This document shows, piece by piece, positions 27,272 through 37,432 of a stretch of DNA of 64,000 nt; the first letter of the stretch is position 1; each line of letters starts with the position of its first letter. Both the position numbers and the translations under genes were made by a program. The notes beneath the pieces were generated by a model, which was given only the letters and a program-made list of their open reading frames with translations, was not told the DNA's origin and did no database searches. Source of the DNA: Minisyncoccia bacterium (GTDB lineage Bacteria > Patescibacteriota > Minisyncoccia > JACQLN01); the NCBI GenBank assembly GCA_049274895.1, contig JBASTM010000022.1:2424-66423 (forward strand), written 5' to 3'.

Positions 27272-28023
27272 TGTATAGCGTCAAACTGGAAAAATTTGAA
27301 GGCCCGTTGGATTTACTGCACACTCTTATAGAATCCAAAAAACTGGAAATAACGGAAATATCCCTAGCCCAAGTGGCCGACCAGTTTTTAAGCTATCTCA
27401 AAAATTCCAAGCGGTCTGCTGCTCCGGGGGATAAGCCCTCGGGCTCAAACTCGAACAACCTGGCTCTGGACGATCTGGCTAATTTTTTAAGCGTGGCCGG
27501 GCGTTTGGTTTTGATAAAATCGCGGGCCTTGCTGCCATTCCTGCGGTTTAGCCAAGAAGAAGAACAAGACATTCAAGATCTTAAGGAGCAGTTGTCTGAA
27601 TATCAAAAATACAAAGAGTTGGCCGGTTTGATAGCTAAACTAGATAAAACATGTCACCGCTTTTACAGCCGGTCTTACTTAGCCGGTTTGGAGCCGATTT
27701 TTTATTTTCCTAGAAAGCTAAACACCGAAATTTTAGCTCTAGCACTGACCAATTTGATCCAAACCATCACTCTGCCTCAACGGATACCCCAAGCTCAAGT
27801 TATCCCCAAAATATCGTTGGCGCAAAAATTGGAAGAAATACAAAATAAAATAAAAGAAAAGCTGGAGCTTAATTTTTCACAAGTGGCCGATCTTCAAAAC
27901 CGCGAAGAAAAAGTGGTAGTTTTTATGGCTGTGTTAGAATTATTAAGGCGTTCCCAGATTTCGGCCAAACAAAAAAACAATTTTGAAGATATAAAATTAA
28001 TATGGCAAAACCAACCAATCTAA
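27271..28023 (+). CDS. scpA: segregation and condensation protein A
   Basis: ScpA N-terminal signature FEGPLDLLHTLIESKKLEITEISLAQVADQFL. Adjacent to scpB. Confidence 0.85.
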   Translation: MYSVKLEKFEGPLDLLHTLIESKKLEITEISLAQVADQFLSYLKNSKRSAAPGDKPSGSNSNNLALDDLANFLSVAGRLVLIKSRALLPFLRFSQEEEQDIQDLKEQLSEYQKYKELAGLIAKLDKTCHRFYSRSYLAGLEPIFYFPRKLNTEILALALTNLIQTITLPQRIPQAQVIPKISLAQKLEEIQNKIKEKLELNFSQVADLQNREEKVVVFMAVLELLRRSQISAKQKNNFEDIKLIWQNQPI

Positions 28024-28541
28024 CCCAAATACTGGAGGGCATGCTTTTTGCTTACGGGGAAACTATCAATATCAAAAAACTGGCTTCGGTGTTAAAAAGG
28101 CCGGCGAATGAAATCAGTGTGGCTTTAGCTAATCTTAGAAAGTCTTTAACGGCCCGGGGCATCAAACTTCTAGACAAAAATAATTGTTACCAATTGGTGG
28201 CTGACAAATCGGCCTCGGACTACATAGAAAAATTGGTGCACAGCGAAATTAAAGAGGAGCTGACTCCGGCCGGTTTGGAAGTGCTGGCCATAACGGCCTA
28301 CCGCGGGCCGGTGGCTAAAAGCGAGATCGAAACTTTAAGAGGAGTCAATTCCGTATATATCCTAAGGAATTTGACTATGAGGGGATTAGTGGAAAAGGAC
28401 GAAACCGTAAAACCACCCCTCTTTAACATATCGCTAGCGGCTTTAAGGAAACTAGGTTTGACCGCCGCCGAGGAACTGCCCCAATATCACGACCTTAGAA
28501 CAGAGACCAAAAAGATAGAGGCAATGATCAATGTTTCTTAA
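28002..28541 (+). CDS. scpB: segregation and condensation protein B
   Basis: ScpB winged-helix pattern LEGMLFAYGE...I and a tandem wHTH. Confidence 0.8.
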   Translation: MAKPTNLTQILEGMLFAYGETINIKKLASVLKRPANEISVALANLRKSLTARGIKLLDKNNCYQLVADKSASDYIEKLVHSEIKEELTPAGLEVLAITAYRGPVAKSEIETLRGVNSVYILRNLTMRGLVEKDETVKPPLFNISLAALRKLGLTAAEELPQYHDLRTETKKIEAMINVS

Positions 28542-28550
28542 TTTATTCGT

Positions 28551-29555
28551 ATGAATCCAACCCTCACCGCTATTATTATCTCTTTTTCGGTTATGCCTCT
28601 CGCTATACTCTCCTATCAATTGGGCACGCCCCAAGCTTTGAGCCAGGCCGATGTGAGCGGATATTTAAGTCAACCGGCGCTTAAAGTGTCTTTAGCCGCC
28701 CTTAAAAGAGAAGAACCTAAAGAAACCCTGCCTCAACGCAATATCGCTGTGGCCGATCTAGTCCTTAGCCCGGCTGAAGCTTTGGCTTGGGATTTTAAGC
28801 AAGGCGTAACCTTGTTTTCCAAAAATACCGGCGAGACCCGCCCCATCGCCTCGTTGACCAAACTGGTAACTGCGGCCGTGGCGCTAGACTACGCCCAACC
28901 ACAGGAAACAGTAGCTATTTCGTTGAAAGCCGTCAGAACCGAAGGGGACAGCGGTAATTTAAGAGAGGGCGAGGTGCTGACAGTGTACGATCTCTTGGCC
29001 GCCGCAATGCTGGTGTCTTCCAACGATGCGGCTTATGCCTTAGCTGAATATGTAGGCAGTAAAATGACCACAACGGAGCCGGATCAGCAGGCCCCACTCG
29101 ATCCAGTTAAGGTTTTTGTTAGAGTTATGAACCAAAAATTCAACGATCTGGGTTTGGTTCAAACTAATTTTACCGATCCGAGCGGCCTGGAGGATAAAAT
29201 CTCTTTCAGCACGGCTGAAGATTTTTCGCGGTTCATAAAATATCTGCGTCTTAATTCTAATTATTCTCCCATTTGGAATATTCTTAAAATGACCAGTTAC
29301 CAGACCAAGGCCCAAAATGGGGTGGCTTGGCACGAATTCAAAAATACCAACCCTTTCTTGGGTGAATTTGACGGAGTGATTGGGGGCAAGACCGGCTACA
29401 CGCCCGCAGCTCTTGGTAATATGATGCTGGTGATGACCGGCCCCAACAATACCGAGATAATTTATTTGGTTTTGGGCTCCATAGACCGATTCGGCGATAT
29501 TAGAAAAATGATAAGCTGGGTCAGCGAGGCCTGGCAATGGCCGCCGCCTAAATAA
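28551..29555 (+). CDS. D-alanyl-D-alanine carboxypeptidase (serine-type, PBP5-like)
   Basis: Signal peptide, SxxK (ASLTK), SxN (SSND) and KTG (GKTGYT) motifs. Confidence 0.85.
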   Translation: MNPTLTAIIISFSVMPLAILSYQLGTPQALSQADVSGYLSQPALKVSLAALKREEPKETLPQRNIAVADLVLSPAEALAWDFKQGVTLFSKNTGETRPIASLTKLVTAAVALDYAQPQETVAISLKAVRTEGDSGNLREGEVLTVYDLLAAAMLVSSNDAAYALAEYVGSKMTTTEPDQQAPLDPVKVFVRVMNQKFNDLGLVQTNFTDPSGLEDKISFSTAEDFSRFIKYLRLNSNYSPIWNILKMTSYQTKAQNGVAWHEFKNTNPFLGEFDGVIGGKTGYTPAALGNMMLVMTGPNNTEIIYLVLGSIDRFGDIRKMISWVSEAWQWPPPK

Positions 29556-29724
29556 GTATTTGTCCAAGAGCGAAGCCGAGCTCAGCTCGGCGGAGCGAGT
29601 GGTGACAAATAGTCATCCAGCACCTTTTAGATGTATAAATAATCTTTACCTTGAAAAGGTGCTGGATGCTCAATTCTGTAGTGAAATTTATTTCACTACG
29701 TTCATAAATTTCAACATAATTGGC

Positions 29725-30771
29725 ATGGACGAAACAACTTTCCAAATAGTACGAATACTGGCTTTGGCTTTCGGAGCTTTCGTTTTGTCTATGGTCTTAA
29801 CGCCGTGGTGGACCAATATTCTTTATAAATACCGCTTGGGCAAGCAAATTCGCACCGAGGGCGCGCCGGTATTTGCCGCTTTGCACAAAGGCAAAGAGGG
29901 TACGCCCACTATGGGCGGCGTCATCATCTGGCTGACTTTGCTAACGTTGATCTTGATTACGGTTTTAGCCGAAAAGTTTTTTCCCAATAGTCTGGCCGCC
30001 CAACTTAATTTTTTGTCTCGGCCTCAAACACTATTGCCGCTGGGCGTGCTTGTTTTCTCGGCCATCATTGGGCTGGGAGACGACTTACTGGGAGTTTTCA
30101 GGATCGGCTCTAACGGCGGCGGACTAAAAATGAGGCACCGTCTGGCGCTCTATACCGCAGTGGCTATAGTCGGCGCGCTCTGGTTTTATTATAAACTAGA
30201 TTGGACTGTGGTTAAGGTGCCTTTTTTGGGTGTATTTGATATCAACGGCTGGTATATACCTTTTGCCATATTCATAATCGTGGCTACCTCGTTTTCGGTC
30301 AACGAATCCGACGGCTTGGACGGTCTGGCCGGCGGCTTGATGCTAACCGCTTTTGCTGGCTACGGCCTGGTGGCTTTTTTTGAGGCGAGGTACGATCTAG
30401 CAGTCTTTTGCGCGGTGATTGTGGGGGCTTTACTCTCCTTTTTGTGGTTTAATATCCACCCAGCCAGATTTTTTATGGGCGACACCGGAGCTATGCCGCT
30501 CGGCGTAACTTTGGCTGTTATCGCCCTTCTGACTAACGCGGCCTTGGTTTTGCCGTTTCTGGCTTTCGTGCCGATGGTGGAATCTATATCGGTGATTGTG
30601 CAGGTGCTAAGTAAAAAATTAAGAAACGGAAAAAAGGTTTTTCTCTCGGCTCCCATTCATCACCATTTCCAAGCCAAAGGCTGGCCCGAAACTAAAGTTA
30701 CCGAAAGATTCTGGATCATCTCCTCGGTTATGGCCGCCATCGGCATTATTGTTCAACTCCTCGGTAAATAA
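29725..30771 (+). CDS. mraY: phospho-N-acetylmuramoyl-pentapeptide transferase
   Basis: Signature NESDGLDGLAGG and the HHHF motif, with multi-TM topology. The ORF continues upstream to 29560 through a hairpin-rich leader, so the start was set at MDETTFQ. Confidence 0.85.
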   Translation: MDETTFQIVRILALAFGAFVLSMVLTPWWTNILYKYRLGKQIRTEGAPVFAALHKGKEGTPTMGGVIIWLTLLTLILITVLAEKFFPNSLAAQLNFLSRPQTLLPLGVLVFSAIIGLGDDLLGVFRIGSNGGGLKMRHRLALYTAVAIVGALWFYYKLDWTVVKVPFLGVFDINGWYIPFAIFIIVATSFSVNESDGLDGLAGGLMLTAFAGYGLVAFFEARYDLAVFCAVIVGALLSFLWFNIHPARFFMGDTGAMPLGVTLAVIALLTNAALVLPFLAFVPMVESISVIVQVLSKKLRNGKKVFLSAPIHHHFQAKGWPETKVTERFWIISSVMAAIGIIVQLLGK

Positions 30772-31511
30772 TGTTGAACATCCGATGTTCAACAATCATA
30801 TATGTTTAGACACCCCGCTATAACCACTACAGGAGAGTATCTACACATCTATAATCGTGGCAATGATAGACAAACAATATTCCACGATGAGCGTGATTGG
30901 ATAAGATTTTTGTTCCTAATCTTACATTTGCAATCCAAGGTGGTTTTTGAGAACATTGGTCGTCATGTCAGTTACTTTGTTAAACATCGGATGTTCAACA
31001 CTGAAGAAAGCATATCAGATATTTTACGAACTCGATTAGTTGAGCTTACTACATTTACTCTTATGCCCAACCACTTTCATTTGGTGATAGTCGGATTGAA
31101 AGATAGAGGAGTATCAGAATACATGCGCCGTGTACAAGATGCTTACACTAAATACTACAATACCAAACACAAAAGAACTGGACACCTGTTACAAGGACCC
31201 TATCAAGCTGTACACATAAAAAACAACAACCAACTCTTACACCTATCGGCTTATATACACAAAAACTCTAGGGAACTGCCGACTTGGAAAAATAAAGAAC
31301 ATTTATATCCATGGTCCAGTTATCAAGACTATCTAAAAAACCGCTGGGGAGAGCTTCTAAACAGTAGTATAATCTCAGAACAATTTAACAAACCAGAAGA
31401 TTATAAAATCTTCGTGAAAAATAGTAGTGCCAAAGAATCACTACCAGATAATTGTCTAATTGATTATTTTGATTAAACGTCGAATGTTGAACATCCGATG
31501 TTCAACATTCG
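30772..31511 (+). mobile_element. RAYT/IS200-like Y1 transposase unit flanked by REP-like palindromes
   Basis: The transposase ORF is bounded by near-identical palindromes TGTTGAACATCCGATGTTCAACA at 30772-30794 and 31481-31511. Inserted between mraY and a convergent gene. Confidence 0.65.
30802..31476 (+). CDS. REP-associated tyrosine transposase (RAYT) / IS200-like Y1 HUH transposase
   Basis: YLHIYNRGNDRQTIFHDERDWIRFLFLIL ... TLMPNHFHLVI (HUH motif) ... conserved Tyr region (GPYQAVHI). Confidence 0.75.
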   Translation: MFRHPAITTTGEYLHIYNRGNDRQTIFHDERDWIRFLFLILHLQSKVVFENIGRHVSYFVKHRMFNTEESISDILRTRLVELTTFTLMPNHFHLVIVGLKDRGVSEYMRRVQDAYTKYYNTKHKRTGHLLQGPYQAVHIKNNNQLLHLSAYIHKNSRELPTWKNKEHLYPWSSYQDYLKNRWGELLNSSIISEQFNKPEDYKIFVKNSSAKESLPDNCLIDYFD

Positions 31512-31534
31512 GGGGATGGTAGTGGTAAAATAAA

Positions 31535-31567
31535 ATCCCGCACCTTTCATTTGAAAAGATACGGGAT
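31535..31567 (-). terminator. rho-independent terminator of the secreted-protein gene
   Basis: Minus-strand ATCCCG-N21-CGGGAT hairpin followed by TTTTATTTT. Confidence 0.6.
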
Positions 31568-31575
31568 AAAATGAA

Positions 31576-32133
31576 CTACTCCCGTTTAGGACTAGGACGG
31601 TGGTCGGCAATTTGGTAGCGCTGCCGCGACGTATCCGTCCGGACCTCGAGACTGCTGTTAGGAGTCTTACGCCGCACCAAATAGTTGAATTTTTCGACTA
31701 TAGTCAAGGTGTCACCGGGTCCCATCTCCAAAGAACCCACCGCGAGCTTGAAGGTGTGAGGTCGGTCGGAGTCAAGTTCATCCATAGTGATCTCGACAAC
31801 ACCGCTCATATCTTTTTTGGTGATGACCACGCCCGTTACCCACTCTTCGCCCGGGTATATCTTCCACACTTCATGGATGCGGCCCGCCCCAACGCCCAAG
31901 CGCGGGCCGACCGCTATGTCGAGCGCCAGACTGTCTCCAATCTCCACAGTCATCTTATTTAAGAGATCAGCGCAGATGGTGAATACCGAATCGCCGTCAG
32001 CTACGGTGACCGAGTCGGAGGTCATGCTTTTGACCGTGACCCACCTGGTTTGAATCTCCAGAATGTCGGTAGCGGCAGTGGCGAAACCGATCAAAATGAG
32101 CGTGACCAATACGAACACGTTCTGGCGGCACAT
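31576..32133 (-). CDS. hypothetical secreted protein
   Basis: Start moved to MCRQNVFVLVTLILIGFATAA (signal peptide) with an AGGAGG RBS upstream. Beta-rich, no identifiable domain. Confidence 0.5.
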   Translation of the reverse strand: MCRQNVFVLVTLILIGFATAATDILEIQTRWVTVKSMTSDSVTVADGDSVFTICADLLNKMTVEIGDSLALDIAVGPRLGVGAGRIHEVWKIYPGEEWVTGVVITKKDMSGVVEITMDELDSDRPHTFKLAVGSLEMGPGDTLTIVEKFNYLVRRKTPNSSLEVRTDTSRQRYQIADHRPSPKRE

Positions 32134-32238
32134 ACCAACCTCCTTTTTCTGGTGATGTCCACCTGCCACCTCTAAGCCAATTTTAAGGTACAATATAATT
32201 ATAGCAAATAACAAAATAAATATGGTAAAATTGTATCA

Positions 32239-33813
32239 ATGGCGTTTGATGTAATTATAAAAAATGGCACGGTGGTGGACGGCACCGGCAAACCCGCCTT
32301 CAGAGCCGACGTCGGCATAATCGGCGACAAGATTTTTGACGTCGGCAATTTATCCAAAGCCAAGCCGAAAATTGAAATAGACGCTTCGGGCCAAGTGGTG
32401 GCGCCCGGTTTTGTGGATGTTCAAAACCACTCCGACAGCTACGGCAATTTGCTGCGCAATAATCATTTGGAAAGTTTGACCAGGCAGGGGATAACCACCA
32501 TTTTAATGGGCCAATGCGGCTCATCTTTGGCGCCTTTGTTAAAGGGCTCGCTGGCTTCCATGCAAAAATGGGCCAGTGTGGAAGGGATCAACGTTAATTG
32601 GACCAGCGCGGCTGAATTTTTTGAAACAATGTCGCGCCGGGGCAGCGGCGTTAATTTAGCTACATTGGTCGGCCACGCTACATTGCGCCGGGATTTTATA
32701 GGCGACGCGGCGCGCCCTTTAAGCTCCAAAGAGGAATTGCAGATGGTATCTTTGTTAAAACGTTCGCTCCAGGAAGGCGCTTACGGCGTTTCCGTTGGTT
32801 TGGCTTACAGCCACGAACGCCTGGCCACCGAAGAGGAAATCCATCGTTTGTTAAAAGTGGTGCGGGGTTACAACGGTGCGGTCTCTTTCCATTTAAGGAA
32901 TGAAGGCACCGAGATTTTTGCCTCCGTTAACGAAGTTTTTGGTTTTTTGAGGCACACGCCGGTCAGATCCAAAATCAGCCACTTAAAAATACTGGGCCAG
33001 AAAAATCCCGCCGCGGCCGAAAAACTTTTGCGGATGCTGGAGGTGGCCTCGCGCGATGGTTTGGCGGCCTATTTTGACGTTTACCCTTATACCGCCTCGG
33101 CCGTGGTACTGTATCTTTTATTGCCGGAATGGGCTACGCTGGGCGGCAAAACCGAACTGGTTAAAAAAATAAAAAATAAAAATATCCGCGCCGACATAGT
33201 GCGCGATATGGAAACAAAAAATTATCCCTACGACAAAATTACCATCGCCACCGCGGCGCTGGGGCAAAATTTTACCGGGCGAAGTTTAGCCCAAATCGCC
33301 CGCGACCAAAATGTGAGCGGACATGAGGCGGTATTAAACTTGATTCTGGCGGCCCGCGACCAAGTGATAGTCTTTTGGCACGATCTGGACGAAAATATTT
33401 TAGATGCGCTTATTAAACATCCCCAGGCCATGATCGCCACCGACGGCTCGGGCTACAACCAGCTGGATCGCTTCTCAAAACAAGTTCCCCATCCGCGCTC
33501 TTTTGGCACCACCGCGCGGGTACTAGCCAAATATGTTAGAGAAAAAAAGATTTTGAGTTTGGAAACAGCCGTCCACAAAATGTCGGCCCAGCCGGCCGGC
33601 TGGGCCGGGATCGCCGGGCGGGGGATACTGGCCAAAAATAACTTTGCCGATCTGGTGGTTTTTGACCCTCAAAATATTAAGGATTTGGCCACTTACGAAA
33701 ATCCTTTCAAATATCCAACCGGCCTAAACTACGTCGTTATCAATGGGCAATTGGCCGTCAAAAACGGCCAATACCAAAACATACTGGCCGGAAAGGTGTT
33801 GCGGAGAATATAA
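32239..33813 (+). CDS. amidohydrolase-family protein (N-acyl-D-amino-acid deacylase / D-aminoacylase-like)
   Basis: N-terminal DVIIKNGTVVDGTG...GIIGDKI and a metal-binding GFVDVQNHSD, typical of the D-aminoacylase subgroup. Confidence 0.7.
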   Translation: MAFDVIIKNGTVVDGTGKPAFRADVGIIGDKIFDVGNLSKAKPKIEIDASGQVVAPGFVDVQNHSDSYGNLLRNNHLESLTRQGITTILMGQCGSSLAPLLKGSLASMQKWASVEGINVNWTSAAEFFETMSRRGSGVNLATLVGHATLRRDFIGDAARPLSSKEELQMVSLLKRSLQEGAYGVSVGLAYSHERLATEEEIHRLLKVVRGYNGAVSFHLRNEGTEIFASVNEVFGFLRHTPVRSKISHLKILGQKNPAAAEKLLRMLEVASRDGLAAYFDVYPYTASAVVLYLLLPEWATLGGKTELVKKIKNKNIRADIVRDMETKNYPYDKITIATAALGQNFTGRSLAQIARDQNVSGHEAVLNLILAARDQVIVFWHDLDENILDALIKHPQAMIATDGSGYNQLDRFSKQVPHPRSFGTTARVLAKYVREKKILSLETAVHKMSAQPAGWAGIAGRGILAKNNFADLVVFDPQNIKDLATYENPFKYPTGLNYVVINGQLAVKNGQYQNILAGKVLRRI

Positions 33814-33822
33814 ACCATATAA

Positions 33823-34917
33823 ATGAATAACACCGCCGCCCGCCCTCTGCTTATTTTTTTAGGCAGCACCGCTATATTGGTGCTGATTGGGCTCGCTGTT
33901 TTAACTAACGCCTCCATACCTCTCTCGCAATCAAACCACGGCGAGAGCTTTTATTATTTTAAGCACCAAATAATTTACGGCTTAGGTGTGGGCTTAGCGG
34001 CTTTTATTTTATTTTCCCGTCTTAACCACAACCACCTCAAAAAATTGGCACTGCCCTTGTTGTTGTTGGCTGTCATACTGCTAGTCTTGGTCTTCGTACC
34101 TCAAATCGGCTATCAATCCGGCGGAGCCAAAAGGTGGATCAGGGTGATGGATTTTTCATTTCAGCCCTCGGAATTAGCCAAATTGGCCATTATTATTTAC
34201 CTGGCCCATTGGCTGGAATCAAAAAAAGATAAAATTAAAAAACCAGCTCTAGTGATTCCATTTCTTTTTTGGCTGGGTTTGGTAGGCGGGCTGGTGTTGA
34301 TAGAACCGGATCTAGGCACTTTTATTATTATTTGTCTGGTCGCCTTAGGCATGTATTTTGCGGCCGGCGCCCGAATCAAAACACTGGCTGTGCTGGGCCT
34401 GGCCGGTATTTTAATCATTACTACACTCATAGCCGCCGAACCGTACCGGCGCCAAAGATTCGTCTCTTTCTTAAACCCGAGTTCGGACACTGCTGGTAAA
34501 AGTTATCAACTCAACCAGGCGCTTATCGCTATTGGCTCGGGCGGTGTTTTTGGTTTGGGTTTGGGTAAAGGCATACAAAAATACAGCTACCTGCCCGAAA
34601 CCATCGGCGACGCGGTGTTTGCCATTATCTCCGAGGAATTAGGTTTTATCGGCGCCTCAGCCGTGCTGCTGTTATATCTTATTTGGGTGCTAAGCGGCTT
34701 AAAGTTGGCCGCTCTAACCAGCCACATTTACGGCAGATATTTGGTGCTGGGTATAGTTGTTTGGATTGGACTTCAGGCCTTTATCAATACACTCGGCATC
34801 CTAGGTTTTATTCCTTTTACCGGCATACCTCTGCCGTTTATCAGCTACGGCGGCAGCGCTTTAGCCATTGAACTTGCCGCCGTGGGCATAGTGGCCAACG
34901 TCGCCCGAGCCAAATAG
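33823..34917 (+). CDS. ftsW: SEDS-family peptidoglycan glycosyltransferase FtsW
   Basis: A 10-TM SEDS topology with conserved loops, immediately upstream of murG. Confidence 0.8.
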   Translation: MNNTAARPLLIFLGSTAILVLIGLAVLTNASIPLSQSNHGESFYYFKHQIIYGLGVGLAAFILFSRLNHNHLKKLALPLLLLAVILLVLVFVPQIGYQSGGAKRWIRVMDFSFQPSELAKLAIIIYLAHWLESKKDKIKKPALVIPFLFWLGLVGGLVLIEPDLGTFIIICLVALGMYFAAGARIKTLAVLGLAGILIITTLIAAEPYRRQRFVSFLNPSSDTAGKSYQLNQALIAIGSGGVFGLGLGKGIQKYSYLPETIGDAVFAIISEELGFIGASAVLLLYLIWVLSGLKLAALTSHIYGRYLVLGIVVWIGLQAFINTLGILGFIPFTGIPLPFISYGGSALAIELAAVGIVANVARAK

Positions 34918-34949
34918 ACTCCCGGCCTTATTTTTGGTTATATAATAAG

Positions 34950-36056
34950 ATGACTAGTCGAAAAATACTGCTGTGCGGCGGGGGAACGGGCGGGCATGTT
35001 CTGCCTTTGGTGGCGGTGGCCAGAGCCATTAAAAAAATTGCGCCGGAAACCAAAATATATTTCGCCGGGCCGGAGGAGTTTTCTTTAGACTCTTTAAGGC
35101 AAGAAGGCGTAATTGTTAAAAAAATAATTGCCGCGGGCAAGTTGCGGCGGTATTTTTCGTGGCTTTATATTTGGGAACTGATAAAACTGCCTTTGGCCTT
35201 GGTGCAGTCTTTTTTTGTGGTGCTGGCCATAAACCCCGACGTCGTCTTAGGCAAGGGGAGTTATGGCAGCATCCTGCCGGTAATAGCAGCCAAGATGTTG
35301 TTTAAGAAAACAATCATCCATGAGTCTGATGCCGTGCCGGGTCTCGCCAACAGATTCTTATCTCATTTAACCGATAACGTCGCCGTTGCTTTTGAGGAAA
35401 CTAGAAAGTTTTTCCCCAATAAAAATGTATACGTGGTTGGCAACCCGGTACGGCTTAGATATCTTGGTTTGACCAAAAAGGAAGCTCAAAAAATTCTTGA
35501 TCTGCCTATTAACGAAAGTATACCGAGCTTGCTGCAGCAAGCTCGGTATACGATCTTTATCAGCGGAGGATCGCAGGGCGCCCAGAAGATAAACAAGGTT
35601 ATTTTGGAATCATTAACCAGTCTGCTAGAAAAATATCTGGTGATTTGGAGCACCGGCACCGCCAATTACAAATTTATCAAAAATTCGGTATCCGACAACG
35701 TCAACTTAAAGATTGAACCCTTCCTAGGTGAAAGGGAATTGGCCGCCGCTTACGCGTTATGCGACGTAGCTGTGGGCCGGGCCGGGGCTGGCACTATTTT
35801 TGAACTGGCCGCCTTCGCCAAGCCAGCTGTCTTAATTCCCCTGGAAAGAAACGGCGGCGACCAGCCGGTCAACGCTCAAGTTTATATTAAGGCCGGTGCG
35901 GCCATTTTATTAAAAGAATCAGAATTAAACCCAGAAACTCTACTCGCCAAAATCGACGCAACATTAAACCACAGCGACGAATTAAGCCGCAACGCCAGAA
36001 AATTTGCTAAAATAGAGGCAGGCGAACAATTGGCTAAAATCCTATTAGACCTATGA
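34950..36056 (+). CDS. murG: undecaprenyldiphospho-muramoylpentapeptide beta-N-acetylglucosaminyltransferase
   Basis: KILLCGGGTGGHVLPLVAVA N-terminal motif and a GT28 C-terminal domain. Confidence 0.9.
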   Translation: MTSRKILLCGGGTGGHVLPLVAVARAIKKIAPETKIYFAGPEEFSLDSLRQEGVIVKKIIAAGKLRRYFSWLYIWELIKLPLALVQSFFVVLAINPDVVLGKGSYGSILPVIAAKMLFKKTIIHESDAVPGLANRFLSHLTDNVAVAFEETRKFFPNKNVYVVGNPVRLRYLGLTKKEAQKILDLPINESIPSLLQQARYTIFISGGSQGAQKINKVILESLTSLLEKYLVIWSTGTANYKFIKNSVSDNVNLKIEPFLGERELAAAYALCDVAVGRAGAGTIFELAAFAKPAVLIPLERNGGDQPVNAQVYIKAGAAILLKESELNPETLLAKIDATLNHSDELSRNARKFAKIEAGEQLAKILLDL

Positions 36057-37432
36057 AAATAAGAACTCGCATCGCCCCCAGTCCCACCGGCTTATTCCAT
36101 ATCGGCAATGCCCGCACGGCTTTGTTCAGTTATTTGTTCGCCAAAAAAAATCACGGCGAGTTTTTGTTGCGGATAGAGGACACCGACCTGGAAAGATCCA
36201 AGAAAGAATATGAGGCAGATATTATCGCGGGCTTAAAATGGCTGGGTTTAATCTGGGATGGGGAAATAACCCGCCAAAGCGACAGGGCACACATACACCG
36301 AAAATATCTGGAAAAACTTTTAGCCGAGAAAAAAGCTTTTTATTGCCGTCACACTCCCGACGAACTGGCAGCGGAACAAAAAAATCAGGAACTGGAAAAA
36401 ATTCCTTTCCGGCACGACTGCAGCCATAAATACGATCCCGACATTGCTGACGGGGTAATCAGATTAAAAAATCCGGGCAGCCGGATTGTCTTTAACGATT
36501 TGATAAGAGGTGAGGTTTCTTTTGACAGCCAACTTCTGGGCGATATGGTTTTAGCCAAAAATTTAAATACGCCACTGTATAATTTTGCTGTAGTGATTGA
36601 CGACGCCGAAGCAGAAATAACCCATGTTATCAGGGGGGATGATCACCTTTCCAACAGACCAAAACAACTGCTGATTCAAGAAGCTCTGGGCCTTAATCAG
36701 CCGGAATACGGCCACCTACCGTTGATTCTAAATCCGGATCGGTCCAAATTATCCAAACGCCACGGCGGCACTTCGGTTACGGAATATAAAAATATGGGCT
36801 ACCTGCCGCAGGCCATGCTTAATTTTATGGCTCTTATGGGCTGGCACCCGACTACGGAGCAAGAGATCTTCAGTTTGGAGGAATTGATAAAGGAGTTTGA
36901 TTTAGACCGGGTTCAAAAAGCCGGAGCTATTTTTGACAAAGAAAAACTCAACTCCATAAACCGCCACTATATAAAGCGGCTGGTGCCGGCGGAAGCGGCT
37001 AAACACATCGCGCCTTATTTAGTTCAATATAATCCCAACCAGGAACAGTTGGTAAAAATAGCCCATTTATTTCAGGATCGGCTCAACAAGTTTTCCGAAA
37101 TCAAGGAACTGGCGGCTTTTATATTTGATGTCCCTAAGTATCCTTCCGATATGCTGATATGGAAAAACTCTTCGGCCGAAGAAACTAAAAATAATCTGGA
37201 AACCGCGCTGATGGTTTTGGAGAAGATTACCGAAAGTTCGTTCAACATCGACACCACCACCACCGAACTGATGCCGGTGGCCAACAAAGCTGGTCGGGGA
37301 GAGTTGTTATGGCCGTTAAGGGTCGCCCTTTCCGGTTTGGAAAAATCCCCCGGACCGTTTGAAATAATGGAGGTTTTGGGTCGGCAAGAATCAATAAACC
37401 GGATCAAAAAAGCCAAAGATAAAATCGAATGA
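36053..37432 (+). CDS. gltX: glutamate--tRNA ligase
   Basis: HIGH (PTGLFHIGNART) and KLSKR motifs. Overlaps the murG stop by 4 bp. Confidence 0.9.
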   Translation: MKIRTRIAPSPTGLFHIGNARTALFSYLFAKKNHGEFLLRIEDTDLERSKKEYEADIIAGLKWLGLIWDGEITRQSDRAHIHRKYLEKLLAEKKAFYCRHTPDELAAEQKNQELEKIPFRHDCSHKYDPDIADGVIRLKNPGSRIVFNDLIRGEVSFDSQLLGDMVLAKNLNTPLYNFAVVIDDAEAEITHVIRGDDHLSNRPKQLLIQEALGLNQPEYGHLPLILNPDRSKLSKRHGGTSVTEYKNMGYLPQAMLNFMALMGWHPTTEQEIFSLEELIKEFDLDRVQKAGAIFDKEKLNSINRHYIKRLVPAEAAKHIAPYLVQYNPNQEQLVKIAHLFQDRLNKFSEIKELAAFIFDVPKYPSDMLIWKNSSAEETKNNLETALMVLEKITESSFNIDTTTTELMPVANKAGRGELLWPLRVALSGLEKSPGPFEIMEVLGRQESINRIKKAKDKIE

